The position numbers and the translations under genes were made by a program. From contig JBLMYG010000151.1 of NCBI GenBank assembly GCA_050258155.1, forward strand, positions 1 through 41,428: a stretch of 41,428 bases of DNA, written 5' to 3'. This document shows, in pieces, positions 1 through 9,714 of this stretch. The notes below the pieces were generated by a model, which saw only the letters and a list, made by a program, of their open reading frames with translations, had not been told where the DNA came from and ran no database searches. Position 1 is the stretch's first letter, and each line of letters begins with the position of its first letter. Source of the DNA: Acidithiobacillales bacterium (GTDB taxonomy: Bacteria; Acidobacteriota; Thermoanaerobaculia; UBA5066).

Positions 1-652
1 GGCTGAAGATGAGGCACGAGACTGCGGCCAGGACGCCCTCACGGCGCCGCCCCGCGAGGATGAGTCCTGTCACGAAGAGCGCTGCAGCGATCGTCCCTTC
101 CTGCTTCGTCCAGCAGGCCAGAACGAGGAAGAGGGCCAGGCGCACCGGTGCCGCCCGGGACCTTGTGAGCCGTGACGACTCGCCGATCGCCCCGACGAGG
201 AAGACGGCGAGAAGCCCTTCGGCATAGCCGGGCCAGGCGCGCCAGTAAGGGAGAAGCGCGACCGCCGCCGCGGCGCCCGCCTTGGTCCATGGGGGCCCCT
301 CCGTCGCCCGCGCGGCAAGGAGCGCCGCTGCGAGCGCGAGGAGAGGCCAGAGAAGGCCGGCGGCCAGATCGTCGTACCGCCCCGCCACCATCCGCGATTC
401 CAGCGCGAGGAGCGCCGGCCAGAGCGGCGGGTACTCGGGATGGGAGAAGGCTCCCGCCGGATCGACGCGGAAGAGCGCCGCCAGATCTGCGGTGCGCGAC
501 AGCGCCCGGGCCTTCAGCCCCCAGATGGCCACGTAATCTCCCGGGCCGAGCGGCTGCCGCACGCCGACGACGCCGGCCAGGAAGACGCCCCACGCGGCCG
601 CGAGGGCGAGTAGCGTCGTCACCGCGGCCTTTGCCTTCGCGGTCCGGGTCAC
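1..652 (-). CDS. Polytopic membrane protein, GT-C (ArnT/PMT-like) glycosyltransferase candidate; C-terminal part lies outside the window
   Basis: Absent from the ORF track because it runs off the window edge. Hand translation of the minus strand from GTG 652-650 gives VTRTAKAKAAVTTLLALAAAWGVFLAGVVGVRQPLGPGDYVAIWGLKARAL...HPEYPPLWPALLALE...LALFLVLACWTKQEGTIAAALFVTGLILAG with no stop down to position 1. It has several hydrophobic helices and G/C-rich third positions. Its GTG overlaps the TGA of the upstream ORF (GTGA). Confidence 0.6.
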   Translation of the reverse strand, partial: MTRTAKAKAAVTTLLALAAAWGVFLAGVVGVRQPLGPGDYVAIWGLKARALSRTADLAALFRVDPAGAFSHPEYPPLWPALLALESRMVAGRYDDLAAGLLWPLLALAAALLAARATEGPPWTKAGAAAAVALLPYWRAWPGYAEGLLAVFLVGAIGESSRLTRSRAAPVRLALFLVLACWTKQEGTIAAALFVTGLILAGRRREGVLAAVSCLIFS

Positions 653-1044
653 GGCGCCTCTGGCGGCCGCGCGCGGAGCCGGAACCGAGCGCCGGGAAGC
701 TCGGCTCTCTCGAGAAGGACGCGCCGCGGCGCCAGAACGAGCCCGGCCGCTCGGCGGCGTTTCTCCGCTTCCTCCGCCGGTACTCCGGGCGGAAGGGTCA
801 GGACGACATCGACGTCGAGAGGCCACCGTGCGTCGCCCGCAACGACCGCCGCCGCGAACTCCACGTCGCCTCGGAAGAAGGGCGCGTTGACGAGCCGGCT
901 CCGGTAGCCCGCGCGCCAGAACTTCTCAGCGACGGAGAAGGACAGCGCGAGCGGCACGTCGGGCTGCGCGCGGGCGAGGAGTGCGAAGAGGCCGCAAACC
1001 CCGAGCCCTGCGGCAAGGAGGCGCCGGGCTCTCCCCGGAAGCAG
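649..1044 (-). CDS. Hypothetical protein with N-terminal hydrophobic signal/anchor segment
   Basis: C-terminal part of track ORF 649..1377; the upstream part of that ORF overlaps tyrA in another frame and is discounted. GTG at 1044-1042 gives [32 protein letters not shown]..., followed by SFSVAEKFWRAGYRSRLVNAPFFRGDVEF. Third positions are G/C rich. No family recognised. Confidence 0.4.
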   Translation of the reverse strand: MLPGRARRLLAAGLGVCGLFALLARAQPDVPLALSFSVAEKFWRAGYRSRLVNAPFFRGDVEFAAAVVAGDARWPLDVDVVLTLPPGVPAEEAEKRRRAAGLVLAPRRVLLERAELPGARFRLRARPPEAP

Positions 1045-1052
1045 CGCCGGGC

Positions 1053-1871
1053 TCACGGGCGGCGGCCGAAGGCCTTCCGGAGCTCGCGGATCGTGGCATC
1101 GAGCCGGGAAGGGGGCTCGTGGAAGAGGAGCTTGCGGACCGAGGCCATCTCGCGCTCGAACTGGATGAGCGCTTCCTCCCCCTCGGGGTTCCCCGCCTGG
1201 ATCATCCGCGTCAGCTCGGCTTCCTGGTCGAGGATCGGGCCGATCAGCTCGACGAGCCGCCGGAACGACGTCGAGGCCCGGCCGTCGAGGGCGTCGGGCC
1301 CGACGTCGAGGGCCGCCAGCGCCGCGGCCGCACCGAGGGCGAGGGCGTGCGTCAGCCCCATCGTCCGGGCGATCCACGGATCGTGCTCCGCCACCGGCAT
1401 CGTCGCGATCCGGAGCCCCGCTCCCTCGAAGAGGGCGCGGGCGCGGCGGGCGGCCCGGGCATCCCCGCAGTCGCAGACGATCAGGTCGTGCCCGCGGAAG
1501 GTGCGGACGGTCGGCCCGAACATCGGGTGAACCGACGCGATCGAGAGCCCGCCGAGGCGCGCGGCCTCGAGGACGGGGAGAAGAGGTGCCTTGACCGAGG
1601 CGATGTCGAAGACGAGCCCCTTCGGCCTCTCCGCCGCCACCGCGGACAGCACCGCGGCCGACCGGGAGAGCGAGGCCGCCACGACGACGACGTCGGCGGA
1701 CGCAGCCCGCGCGAGCGGCGCCGACCGAAAGCCGGGGAGCGGGCCCGCGGGATCGCAGATCTCAACGTCGAAGCCGCCGCGGCGGAAGAAGCGGGCGAAG
1801 AGGCGCCCCATCCGCCCCGCCCCGCCGACGACGAGGACTCTCCGGCGGCGCGAGCGGCGCGGCGTCCTCAC
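1053..1871 (-). CDS. tyrA: Prephenate dehydrogenase
   Basis: 272 aa ORF with an N-terminal Rossmann motif [18 protein letters not shown], and [10 protein letters not shown] and [16 protein letters not shown] typical of prephenate/arogenate dehydrogenases. The GTG start overlaps the tyrS stop by 4 nt. Confidence 0.85.
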   Translation of the reverse strand: MRTPRRSRRRRVLVVGGAGRMGRLFARFFRRGGFDVEICDPAGPLPGFRSAPLARAASADVVVVAASLSRSAAVLSAVAAERPKGLVFDIASVKAPLLPVLEAARLGGLSIASVHPMFGPTVRTFRGHDLIVCDCGDARAARRARALFEGAGLRIATMPVAEHDPWIARTMGLTHALALGAAAALAALDVGPDALDGRASTSFRRLVELIGPILDQEAELTRMIQAGNPEGEEALIQFEREMASVRKLLFHEPPSRLDATIRELRKAFGRRP

Positions 1872-3196
1872 GATCGGCTCTCAGTTGGAGACTTCGAAGG
1901 ATTCTCTGAGAAAGAAAGATCCAGCTCCACCCGCCGGAAGCTTCTGCCCATTCGGAGATGCCGTGGCACGCCCGTTTGCAGGTCGAGTTTCTCGGACACG
2001 CTCTCCACCTTGCGCCACGTCACGCCGTCATCCGAGGTCGCCACCGCACCCTCGCGGATCTTCTGACGGGCGATGTTCTTGCTCGCGGCGAGCCCGACCT
2101 CGACGAGAACGTCGGCGATGGCCCGTTCTTCGAAGAAGATTGAATTCGTCGTGGGTACGGCCGCTCTCGGCTTGAGCATGAAGAGGTCGCCCTCTATTGT
2201 CCCCGCCGCCCCCGCGAAGCGCGTCTCGAACTGCGCTTCCGCCCTGGCCGCCGCCGCCGCGCCGTGGAAGTCCGTGACGAGCCGCCGGGCAAGGTCCATC
2301 TTCACCTTCTTGGGATGCGCTTTTCCTTCGGCCACCTCGGCCTTGAGCGCAGCGATCTCGGCGGGACGGAGGTCGGTCAGGAGCGTCCAGTAGCTCCACA
2401 TCGTCTCGTCGGAGATCGACATCACCTTTCCGTAGATCTCGTCGGGCGGCTCGGTGATGCCGATCTGGTTGCCGAGCGACTTCGACATCTTCTCGAGGCC
2501 GTCGGTCCCGACGAGAAGCGGGAGCGTCATCACGACCTGCGGCTCCTGCCCCCACTCGCGCATCAGGTCGCGCCCGACGAGGAGGTTGAAGAGCTGGTCC
2601 GTGCCGCCGAGCTCCACGTCGGTTTCCAGGGCCACCGAGTCGTAGGCCTGGCAGAGGGGGTATAGGAGCTCGTGGACGGCGATCGGCTTCTGTGCGGCGA
2701 ATCGGGTCGCGAAGTCGTCGCGTTCGAGGAGGCGGGCCACCGTGTACTTGGCCGCCAGCCGGATCATCCCCTCGGCGCCGAGGGCCGAGAGCCAGCGGGA
2801 GTTGAAGTCGACGATGGTCGTCTTCGGGTCGAGGATCCTGAAGACCTGCGCCTTGTACGTCTCGGCGTTCCTCAGGATCTCATCCCGCGAAAGCTGCGGG
2901 CGCGTGGCTTTCTTCCCGGTCGGGTCGCCGATCATCCCCGTGAAGTCGCCGATCAGGAAGACGACCTCGTGCCCCAGCTCCTGGAAATGGCGCATCTTCC
3001 GAAAGACGACCGTGTGACCGAGGTGGAGGTCCGGAGCGGAGGGGTCGAAGCCGACCTTGACCTTGAGGGGTTTCCCCGTTGTTCGGGAGCGGGCGAGCTT
3101 CTTCTCGAGCTCCTCTCGCTGGACGCACGCCTCGGTCCCCTTCAGCAGGAGATCGAGCTGCTCCGGGACGGGCGGAAAGGAAGGCACTCCGGGCAT
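1868..3196 (-). CDS. tyrS: Tyrosine--tRNA ligase
   Basis: Inside track ORF 1868..4771. The homologous part starts at ATG 3196-3194 ([20 protein letters not shown]). It has the HIGH-type motif DLHLGH, the KMSKS motif, and a C-terminal S4-like domain. 1329 nt, 442 aa. Confidence 0.95.
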   Translation of the reverse strand: MPGVPSFPPVPEQLDLLLKGTEACVQREELEKKLARSRTTGKPLKVKVGFDPSAPDLHLGHTVVFRKMRHFQELGHEVVFLIGDFTGMIGDPTGKKATRPQLSRDEILRNAETYKAQVFRILDPKTTIVDFNSRWLSALGAEGMIRLAAKYTVARLLERDDFATRFAAQKPIAVHELLYPLCQAYDSVALETDVELGGTDQLFNLLVGRDLMREWGQEPQVVMTLPLLVGTDGLEKMSKSLGNQIGITEPPDEIYGKVMSISDETMWSYWTLLTDLRPAEIAALKAEVAEGKAHPKKVKMDLARRLVTDFHGAAAAARAEAQFETRFAGAAGTIEGDLFMLKPRAAVPTTNSIFFEERAIADVLVEVGLAASKNIARQKIREGAVATSDDGVTWRKVESVSEKLDLQTGVPRHLRMGRSFRRVELDLSFSENPSKSPTESRS

Positions 3197-3247
3197 TGTA
3201 TTGGACGCGCACCGACGCGCGGGCCGCCGTGTCCGTAGACTCTCCCC

Positions 3248-4441
3248 ATGGACACCGACGAGCTGAACCGGCTCATTCGCTCCCTCAACGCCGGCGGCGA
3301 GGAGGCCGGCGCGAGCCGTCTCGAGCTCGTCCGGGGGGACGAGGCCGGCACGGAAGCCGGCGGGGAGAGCGCGGCGCCTGAAGCGGCCCCTCTCCCGGCG
3401 GGCCTCCTCGCGCTTCTCACCGAGACGGTCCGGCGCGGTGGGACCGATCTTCTGCTCGTGCCGGGGACGCCTCCCGCGGTCCGCCTCCACGGCCGCATCG
3501 AGCCGCTCCCCGGCGAGCCTCTCGGTCCGCAGGCGATCCGCGGTCTCGTCCGCCCGGTCCTCTCGGCGGAGCGGCGGCGCCGTCTCGCGGAGTCGGGCTC
3601 CGTCGATCTCTCCCTCCGCGTGCCCGCCGTCGGCCGATTTCGAGTCAACGTCCACCGGACGCAGGGGGGCGAGGCGGCCGCGCTTCGCCCCCTGCCGGGG
3701 CGGATCCCGACCCTCTCCGAGCTGGGACTCCCCGTCTCGCTCCACGACCTGACCCGCGCCGCGCGCGGTCTCGTCCTCGTCACGGGGGCGGCCGGCTCCG
3801 GGAAGACGACGACCCTCGCGGCCCTTCTCGACCGGGTGGTGGGCGAGGAGAAGAAGCACGTCATCACGATCGAGGACCCCGTCGAGTACGAGCACCGGAC
3901 CAGGAAGTCGATCGTGGAGCAGATCGAGATCGGCGCAGACGCTCCCGATTTCGCCACGGCGCTCGTCTCCGCTCTCCGCCAGAACCCCGACGTCCTCCTG
4001 GTCGGCGAGATGCGCGACGAGGCGACGGCGCGCGCCGTCCTGACGGCCTCGGAGACGGGCCATCTCGTGCTGACGACCGCCCATACGAACGACGCGCCCC
4101 AGACCGTCCACCGGATCCTCGACCTCTTCCCCCCGGCCCAGCAGACTCAGGTCCGGCAGCAGCTGTCCCTCTGCCTGTCGGCCATCGTCTGCCAGCAGCT
4201 CGTCCCCAGAAGGGACGGCTCGGGACGCGCGGTGGCGGTGGAGATCCTCCTCGCGACCGACGCGGTCCGCGCCCACATCCGGCGCGGCCAGCTCCACCAT
4301 CTCCACAACGAGATCACCCTCGGGCGCCGACTCGGGATGGTGACGATGGACGACTCGCTCGCCGCGCTCGTCCGGGACGGCGCCGTCAGCCCGGAGGAGG
4401 CCCGCCTCCGCGCCTCGCATCCCGACGACCTCCGGGCCTGA
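3248..4441 (+). CDS. pilT: PilT-family type IV pilus retraction (twitching motility) ATPase
   Basis: Walker [11 protein letters not shown], Asp box [11 protein letters not shown], Walker [11 protein letters not shown], His box [11 protein letters not shown]. It carries a roughly 50 aa acidic/Ala-rich N-terminal extension. No other pil genes are nearby. Confidence 0.85.
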   Translation: MDTDELNRLIRSLNAGGEEAGASRLELVRGDEAGTEAGGESAAPEAAPLPAGLLALLTETVRRGGTDLLLVPGTPPAVRLHGRIEPLPGEPLGPQAIRGLVRPVLSAERRRRLAESGSVDLSLRVPAVGRFRVNVHRTQGGEAAALRPLPGRIPTLSELGLPVSLHDLTRAARGLVLVTGAAGSGKTTTLAALLDRVVGEEKKHVITIEDPVEYEHRTRKSIVEQIEIGADAPDFATALVSALRQNPDVLLVGEMRDEATARAVLTASETGHLVLTTAHTNDAPQTVHRILDLFPPAQQTQVRQQLSLCLSAIVCQQLVPRRDGSGRAVAVEILLATDAVRAHIRRGQLHHLHNEITLGRRLGMVTMDDSLAALVRDGAVSPEEARLRASHPDDLRA

Positions 4442-4488
4442 GGTGCCCGTCCCGGCGTCGGGCGCCGGTTCGACAAGCAGAGTCACCG

Positions 4489-5847
4489 TCAGCCGGGCGC
4501 GACGTACCGGCCCCAGAGAGCCCACGCGGCTCCGGCGAGCCCGAGGATCGCGGCGAGGACGGCGACGCGTGCCGCAGCCTGCTCGGAGAGGGCAATTCGG
4601 GGATGCCGCGACACGATGAGAAAGAGGGCAGGGGGCGAAAGCGGAATGAAGTAGCGCCCCTGCATCCCTTCGATAGCCGCGGCGCCAGCGGGGGTGTAAA
4701 TAACGAACATCACGGTGTAGACGGAAAAGACACTCGCCGCGAGAACGAGAAGAATTCCCGCCCGCCACCACCGGGCGAGTCGCAGCCTGCCGTTCCCGTC
4801 CGCGAGGGCCAGGACGAGGATCGCCGCCGCAACTGCGGAGAGGAGCGTCGCCGGAAGGCGGACGTCGAGCCAGCCGAGCTGGCCGAGGAGCTCGCGAAAG
4901 TGCCGGAGCGGATGCGTGGCCAGCGCCGAGCCGAGCGTGCCGAAGAAGCGCCGCGGCCTGAAGAGGAGGGAGCGAAGATTCTCCGCCGCGTCGACGGCGA
5001 CGTCAAAACGCGGCGCAGCGGGAAGCCCCCGCGAGACGAACCACCAGCCCCCGAAGGCTGCCACGCCGAGAAGGAGGGCGCTCCATGCCAGCCTTCGCCG
5101 CGGCACCGAGCGGGCTGGCACGAGAAGGACGAGCGGCAAGAGGAGAACGGACCCCTTGCAGAGGCCGAGGGCGGCGGAGGTCGTGAGGACGAGCGCCTTC
5201 TCGCCGGCCGAGGGCACGTCTCCCTCCCGGGTCGAGAGCCGGAGGACGAGGGCGAAGAAGAGGAAGGCCAGTGCGTTCGTCATTCCGTCGGCAGAAAGGC
5301 CCGACCTGAGGAAGGCCGCCATCGGCGTCAGGGCCAGCAGCGCGAGCGGCCATCGAAAGGCCGGGGCGACCCGGAGCGCGAGCGCCGTCAGGAGCGACGC
5401 CGCGAGGAGCGTCGCGACCCGGCCGGCGTAAAGGAGAGCGAGGGGGGACCAGGACGCTGTCACCCCCGCCGCGATCACCGCCGAGGCGGGGAGGTAGGGG
5501 ACGGGACTGTAAGCGGCCGAGGCGAACGGGACGAACCGGCGCGCTTCCGGCGCCAGCGGCGTCGCAAGGCCGTGCCGTGCTCGCCGAAAAAGCTCCCCCC
5601 GAGAGAGGGGGCGCATCCGGAGCGGGAAGGCCAGCTCCTGATCGGCAAGCGACTCAGGGAGCGTTCCTCCCGGGAGGCCCTCCCGCGACTCCGCGACCAG
5701 GCGCCCCTCCGCGATCTGGTACGCGCGGAGGAAGTGGCCCAGCTCGTCGGGTACCTGGAGGGGAGGTGTCAGGACGAGAAGGACGAGCCCGGCCGGAAGC
5801 GCGACGAGGAGGAACGTCGCCACGGCCGAGGGCGGCTTACCGGCCAT
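4489..5847 (-). CDS. Polytopic membrane protein, DUF2142-like (possible GT-C glycosyltransferase)
   Basis: 452 aa with about 10 or more hydrophobic segments. The N-terminal motif [20 protein letters not shown] resembles the PDE..H signature I associate with DUF2142. The family assignment is from memory only. Confidence 0.7.
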   Translation of the reverse strand: MAGKPPSAVATFLLVALPAGLVLLVLTPPLQVPDELGHFLRAYQIAEGRLVAESREGLPGGTLPESLADQELAFPLRMRPLSRGELFRRARHGLATPLAPEARRFVPFASAAYSPVPYLPASAVIAAGVTASWSPLALLYAGRVATLLAASLLTALALRVAPAFRWPLALLALTPMAAFLRSGLSADGMTNALAFLFFALVLRLSTREGDVPSAGEKALVLTTSAALGLCKGSVLLLPLVLLVPARSVPRRRLAWSALLLGVAAFGGWWFVSRGLPAAPRFDVAVDAAENLRSLLFRPRRFFGTLGSALATHPLRHFRELLGQLGWLDVRLPATLLSAVAAAILVLALADGNGRLRLARWWRAGILLVLAASVFSVYTVMFVIYTPAGAAAIEGMQGRYFIPLSPPALFLIVSRHPRIALSEQAAARVAVLAAILGLAGAAWALWGRYVAPG

Positions 5848-5873
5848 AAACGGGAATCTCGCTCCCCGTCCGT

Positions 5874-6497
5874 TCAGGGCGAGAGGAGCCGCTCCAGCCG
5901 CGCGAAGAGGAACTCCATCGCCGCGGCGTTTTCGCCCCCCTCGGGGATGATGAGGTCCGCCCAGCGCTTCGACGGCTCGACGAACTCAAGGTGCATGGGG
6001 CGGACGGTGGCCTGGTACTGCGCGAAGACGCTCTCGAGCGTCCGCCCCCGCTCGGCGATGTCGCGCCGGGCCCGGCGGATGAGACGGATGTCGGCGTCCG
6101 TGTCGACGAAGATCTTCACGTCGAACAGCTTCCTGAGGTCGGGCTCGGCGAAGAGGAGGATTCCCTCGACGAGGAGGATCGGCTTCGGCGTCACGTGCCG
6201 CGTCTGGGACGTCCTGCGGTGCGTCCGGAAGTCGTAGATCGGCGCCTCCACGGCCTTTCCCTCGCGGAGCGCCCGGACGTGCCGGACGAGAAGCCCGGTC
6301 TCGAGCGAGTCGGGGTGGTCGAAGTTCTTCCCGTCGAGGACGTCCTTCGGCAGGTCGGCCCAGTCCCTGTAATAGGCGTCGTGGAAGAGGACGGAGATCC
6401 GGTCCCCGCCGACCCTTCGGAGGATAGCGCTCGCGACGGTCGTCTTGCCGGAGCCGGTCCCGCCGGCCACGCCGATGACGAAGGGGGTTGCGGTCAC
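5874..6497 (-). CDS. udk: Uridine kinase
   Basis: P-loop VIGVAGGTGSGKTTVA, plus FDHPDSLE and YDFRTHRR motifs. Track ORF extends to 6530, but GTG 6497-6495 (VTATPFVIGVAGG) avoids overlap with the upstream gene stop at 6499. The start is uncertain by 33 nt. Confidence 0.85.
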   Translation of the reverse strand: MTATPFVIGVAGGTGSGKTTVASAILRRVGGDRISVLFHDAYYRDWADLPKDVLDGKNFDHPDSLETGLLVRHVRALREGKAVEAPIYDFRTHRRTSQTRHVTPKPILLVEGILLFAEPDLRKLFDVKIFVDTDADIRLIRRARRDIAERGRTLESVFAQYQATVRPMHLEFVEPSKRWADLIIPEGGENAAAMEFLFARLERLLSP

Positions 6498-6498
6498 C

Positions 6499-7452
6499 TC
6501 ACTTGAATGCGTCGAGCATCTCCTTCGCAACGGCGGCGTCGGACCCCTTCGGTTCGAGCTTCAGGTATTCCGTGAGGTGCACCTTCATCTCGGGAATCTG
6601 GTTCAGGTTTACGCAGGTCATCCCGAGGAGGAAGTGCGCTCTGGCGAAGTCGGGCCGGATTTCGAGGACCTTTACGAGCATCGGCTCGGCCCCCTTGAAG
6701 TCCCCCTTGTTATAGAGGTCCACCGCCTGGTTGTAGAGGATGTCGGGATTGTCCGGATTGGCCGCAGCGAACTTCTTCGCGTACTCCGCGGCCTTCGCCT
6801 TGTCCCCTGTCTCCCGGTAGCCTTGCGCGAGGAGGCCGTAGAGGTCGGTGGCCTCGGGGTCGAGCGCGAGGGCCTTCTCGGCGTCGGCCACAGCCACCTT
6901 CCACTCCTTCGCCGCTGCCGCCATCTTCGCCGCCAGCGCCCAGGCGTTCGCCTTGTCCGGTCCGAGCTTCGTCGCCTCCTCCGCCTTGGCAAGGGCCGCC
7001 GGGTAGTCCTTCGCCTCGAATTTTTCGACGGCCTCGTTGTAGGCCTCGACGAAGGGGTCTTTCCGGACCTCGACCCTCCTCGACACGACCGCCTGCTCCT
7101 CCGTGTAGAGAACCGTCGAGAAGTTCTCGACGGCGCCGACCCCGACCTTCTTCGTCTCCTGCACGGTGACGTATCCCGCCTTCTCGAAGCAGTACGTGTA
7201 GGGCGGCACCGCCGTGCTCAGGATCTCTCCCCACTTCCCGTCCTTGTTGGTCGACACCTCGAGCTTGAGGCGGGCGTTCGAGGGCGTCGTGATGGTGACC
7301 TTGACGCCCTCGAGCGGCGCTCCGCCGGCGTCCTTGACGACGCCCTGCACGCGGGCCTGCTGGGCAGCGGCCGGGGCGGCGACGGCGAGACAGACGGCGA
7401 GAAAGACCGCGAGGAGCCCCGCCGGAGCGGCGCGACGGAACGGGGGCCGCAT
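6499..7452 (-). CDS. Secreted protein: carboxypeptidase-regulatory-like domain plus TPR repeats
   Basis: Start taken at ATG 7452-7450, giving signal peptide MRPPFRRAAPAGLLAVFLAVCLAVAAPAAAQQ. This is followed by VQGVVKDAGGAPLEGVKVTITT (CarboxypepD_reg-like) and several TPR-like A/Y/L repeats, e.g. LYNKGDFKGAEPMLVKVLEIRPDFARAHFLLG. Confidence 0.8.
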   Translation of the reverse strand: MRPPFRRAAPAGLLAVFLAVCLAVAAPAAAQQARVQGVVKDAGGAPLEGVKVTITTPSNARLKLEVSTNKDGKWGEILSTAVPPYTYCFEKAGYVTVQETKKVGVGAVENFSTVLYTEEQAVVSRRVEVRKDPFVEAYNEAVEKFEAKDYPAALAKAEEATKLGPDKANAWALAAKMAAAAKEWKVAVADAEKALALDPEATDLYGLLAQGYRETGDKAKAAEYAKKFAAANPDNPDILYNQAVDLYNKGDFKGAEPMLVKVLEIRPDFARAHFLLGMTCVNLNQIPEMKVHLTEYLKLEPKGSDAAVAKEMLDAFK

Positions 7453-7472
7453 CGTCCTCTCCGGCCGACCGG

Positions 7473-7961
7473 TCAGACGCTCTTGACGAGAGGGCGCCCC
7501 TGGGCGTCCTTCATGGAGCCGGTCGCGATCAGAATGACGTCGACCAGCCACCAGATGCCGCAGCCGCCGAGGGTGATGAGCTTCAGGATGCCGAGGCCGA
7601 CGTACCCCATGTAGAAGCGGTCGACGCCGAACGTGCCGAGGAAGATCGACAGGAGGAGCGTGACCAGCCAGTCCTTCGGCTGGTTCGGCCCGACGGCGGC
7701 GGCGACCGGTGCAACGGCCGGAGCAGCCGGAACCGCCGCGGCCGGCGCGCCCGCTGCGCCGGCTGCTGCAGCCGGAGCGGGAGCGGGCTGGGCGAAGAGC
7801 TCCTTAAAGTCGGCCCGTTCCCCGAGGGGCATCCAGCTCGCCTCGCCGGACCGGAAGGAGAGGCTCTGGGCGCCGACGCGCCCCTCGCCGATCCATTGCT
7901 TGAGGACGGCTTCGTCCACGGGACCGTATTGCTGGCCGTTGACGCCGATGACGTAGTACAT
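7473..7961 (-). CDS. GYF_2 (DUF4339)-like domain fused through an Ala/Pro linker to a TM2 membrane domain
   Basis: N-terminus [29 protein letters not shown]...SWMPLGE (GYF_2-like). Low-complexity linker [28 protein letters not shown]-terminus [42 protein letters not shown] (TM2 signature). Confidence 0.8.
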   Translation of the reverse strand: MYYVIGVNGQQYGPVDEAVLKQWIGEGRVGAQSLSFRSGEASWMPLGERADFKELFAQPAPAPAAAAGAAGAPAAAVPAAPAVAPVAAAVGPNQPKDWLVTLLLSIFLGTFGVDRFYMGYVGLGILKLITLGGCGIWWLVDVILIATGSMKDAQGRPLVKSV

Positions 7962-8075
7962 CTCTCTGCCTCTTCCCCCTCCCCCCGATACGGAAAACAG
8001 GGGAGACGGGTTCGTGCCGGGATTTCATGAATCGTACCCGAGGGAGCCCTCCGCTGGTATCTTGACCCCGGGGGA

Positions 8076-9704
8076 ATGGCCGGTCACACCGTCTCCGGGG
8101 AGCGCCGCAGAAAGCTCCTGGCCGCCGAGCGGGCCACCGAGGGGCTGACGCTCCACGGCCGGCAGCGGATCGCCCTCGGCTTTCCGAACAGCTACGAGAT
8201 CGGAATGTCGAACCTCGGGTTCCAGTGGGTTTACCGCCTTTTCAACCGCCAGGAAGACGTCGCCTGCGAGCGCTTTTTCGCGGAGGAGGACGCCGACCGC
8301 CGGGGGCCCCGGACGCTGGAGGGCGACGTTCCCCTCGGCGAGTTCCCGCTGGTGGCCTTCTCCGTCTCGTGGGAGATGGACTACGTGAACCTTCTGAAGC
8401 TCCTCACGGCCGCCGGCATCCCCCTCGACCGGACGGAGCGCGGCGAGGGGGATCCGATCGTCCTCCTGGGAGGCGACGCCGCACGGATCAACCCGGCGCC
8501 GTTGACGCCGTGGGCCGACGTCTTCGCGATGGGCGACGGCGAGAAGCTCGTCCCGCTCGTCGCGGACGTGCTCCGGCGCGACCTCTCCCGTCAGGCGACC
8601 CTCGCGGCCCTCGCGGAGCAGCCGGGCCTCTTCGCTCCCGCCATCCACGGACTCAGGGCCGAGGCGGCCGGAGGGGGGAAGATCGTCGTTCAGCAGCTCC
8701 GGCCGGCCGAAGGAGCCACGCGCGAGCCGCCCCACTCGACGATCCTGACGCCGTACACGGAGCTCTCGGACAAGCTCCTGATCGAGGTGGCGCGCGGCTG
8801 CTCGGAAATGTGCCGCTTCTGCTGGGCGGCCTACGCGATGGCCCCGCAGGTCCGGATCCCCGCCGGAAGCGTCCTGGAGGTGGCCCGGAGGTGGAGATCG
8901 CTCACGTCGCGGGTCGGCCTGATCGCCACGGCGGTGGCGGACCACCCGGAGATCCTCCCGATCCTTCGCGGCCTCGAGGAGCTCGGCTACCACATCGCCC
9001 TCTCCTCGGTGAAGATCGACGCGATCTCCGCGGAGATCCTCTCGATCCTGACGCGGCAGGGGGAGCGGGCGCTCGCCATCGCGCCCGAGGCCGGGAACGA
9101 GCGGCTCCGCCGGGCCGTTGGCAAGAAAGTCTCCGACGAGCTGCTCCGCGAGAAGGTCCGGCTCATCGCCGCCTCGGGCATCACGCAGCTGAAGCTGTAC
9201 CTCCAGATCGGCCTCCCGGGCGAGACCGACGAGGACGTCCACGACCTGGTCCGGCTCGTGAGCGACCTGAGAGAGATCGTCGTCGCCGAGGGGCGGACGC
9301 GGGGCCGCGTCGGGACGCTCGTCCCGAACGTGAACTGCTTCATCCCGAAGCCGCACACACCCTTCGAGAACGAGGTCCTCGACGACCCGGAGAACCTGGC
9401 GCGGAAGATGAAGCTCCTCTCCGAAGCGTTCGGGAAGATGCCGAACGTTCTCTTCCGCGGAATGCCGGTCGTCGAGGCGGTCTGGGAGGCCTATCTCGCG
9501 AAGATGGGGCCGGAGGCGGCCCCGATCCTGACCGAGGCCGCCCGCGGCGTCCCGGTCCGGCGGCTCGTGAGGGAGCACCGCGAGACGATTCTCTCCGTCG
9601 TCCGGCCGGCGTGCCCGGTCGCGGCGGAAGCGGCACTTCCCCGCGGCGCCTTCGACCCCCACGCCCGGCAGTCGGCGCCGTGGGGTTTCATCTCGAAGAG
9701 CTGA
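8076..9704 (+). CDS. Radical SAM protein (TIGR03960-like large family)
   Basis: CxxxCxxC cluster motif GCSEMCRFCWAAY. The N-terminal FPNSYEIGMSNLGFQWVYRLFN...CERFF resembles the B12-binding-like N-domain of the widespread TIGR03960 radical SAM family (from memory). Confidence 0.8.
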   Translation: MAGHTVSGERRRKLLAAERATEGLTLHGRQRIALGFPNSYEIGMSNLGFQWVYRLFNRQEDVACERFFAEEDADRRGPRTLEGDVPLGEFPLVAFSVSWEMDYVNLLKLLTAAGIPLDRTERGEGDPIVLLGGDAARINPAPLTPWADVFAMGDGEKLVPLVADVLRRDLSRQATLAALAEQPGLFAPAIHGLRAEAAGGGKIVVQQLRPAEGATREPPHSTILTPYTELSDKLLIEVARGCSEMCRFCWAAYAMAPQVRIPAGSVLEVARRWRSLTSRVGLIATAVADHPEILPILRGLEELGYHIALSSVKIDAISAEILSILTRQGERALAIAPEAGNERLRRAVGKKVSDELLREKVRLIAASGITQLKLYLQIGLPGETDEDVHDLVRLVSDLREIVVAEGRTRGRVGTLVPNVNCFIPKPHTPFENEVLDDPENLARKMKLLSEAFGKMPNVLFRGMPVVEAVWEAYLAKMGPEAAPILTEAARGVPVRRLVREHRETILSVVRPACPVAAEAALPRGAFDPHARQSAPWGFISKS

Positions 9705-9714
9705 GCGGCCGCCC

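Noticed and set aside
172-2066. Plus-strand ORFs 172..1530 (452 aa) and 981..2066 (361 aa), and minus-strand ORF 39..593.
   Set aside because: These are extremely Arg/Pro/Ala-rich nonsense translations. They overlap better-supported minus-strand genes: the membrane protein, the hypothetical protein and tyrA.
4442-4488. A possible bidirectional terminator between the convergent pilT and DUF2142-like genes (GCCCG...CGGGC).
   Set aside because: It has only a 5 bp stem with a 9 nt loop and no flanking T/A tracts, which is too weak to call.
3197-4771. The N-terminal 525 aa of track ORF 1868..4771 (967 aa), which would make a giant TyrRS fusion.
   Set aside because: This part is antisense to the well-supported pilT gene and is low-complexity and Arg-rich. 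TyrRS homology starts at ATG 3196.
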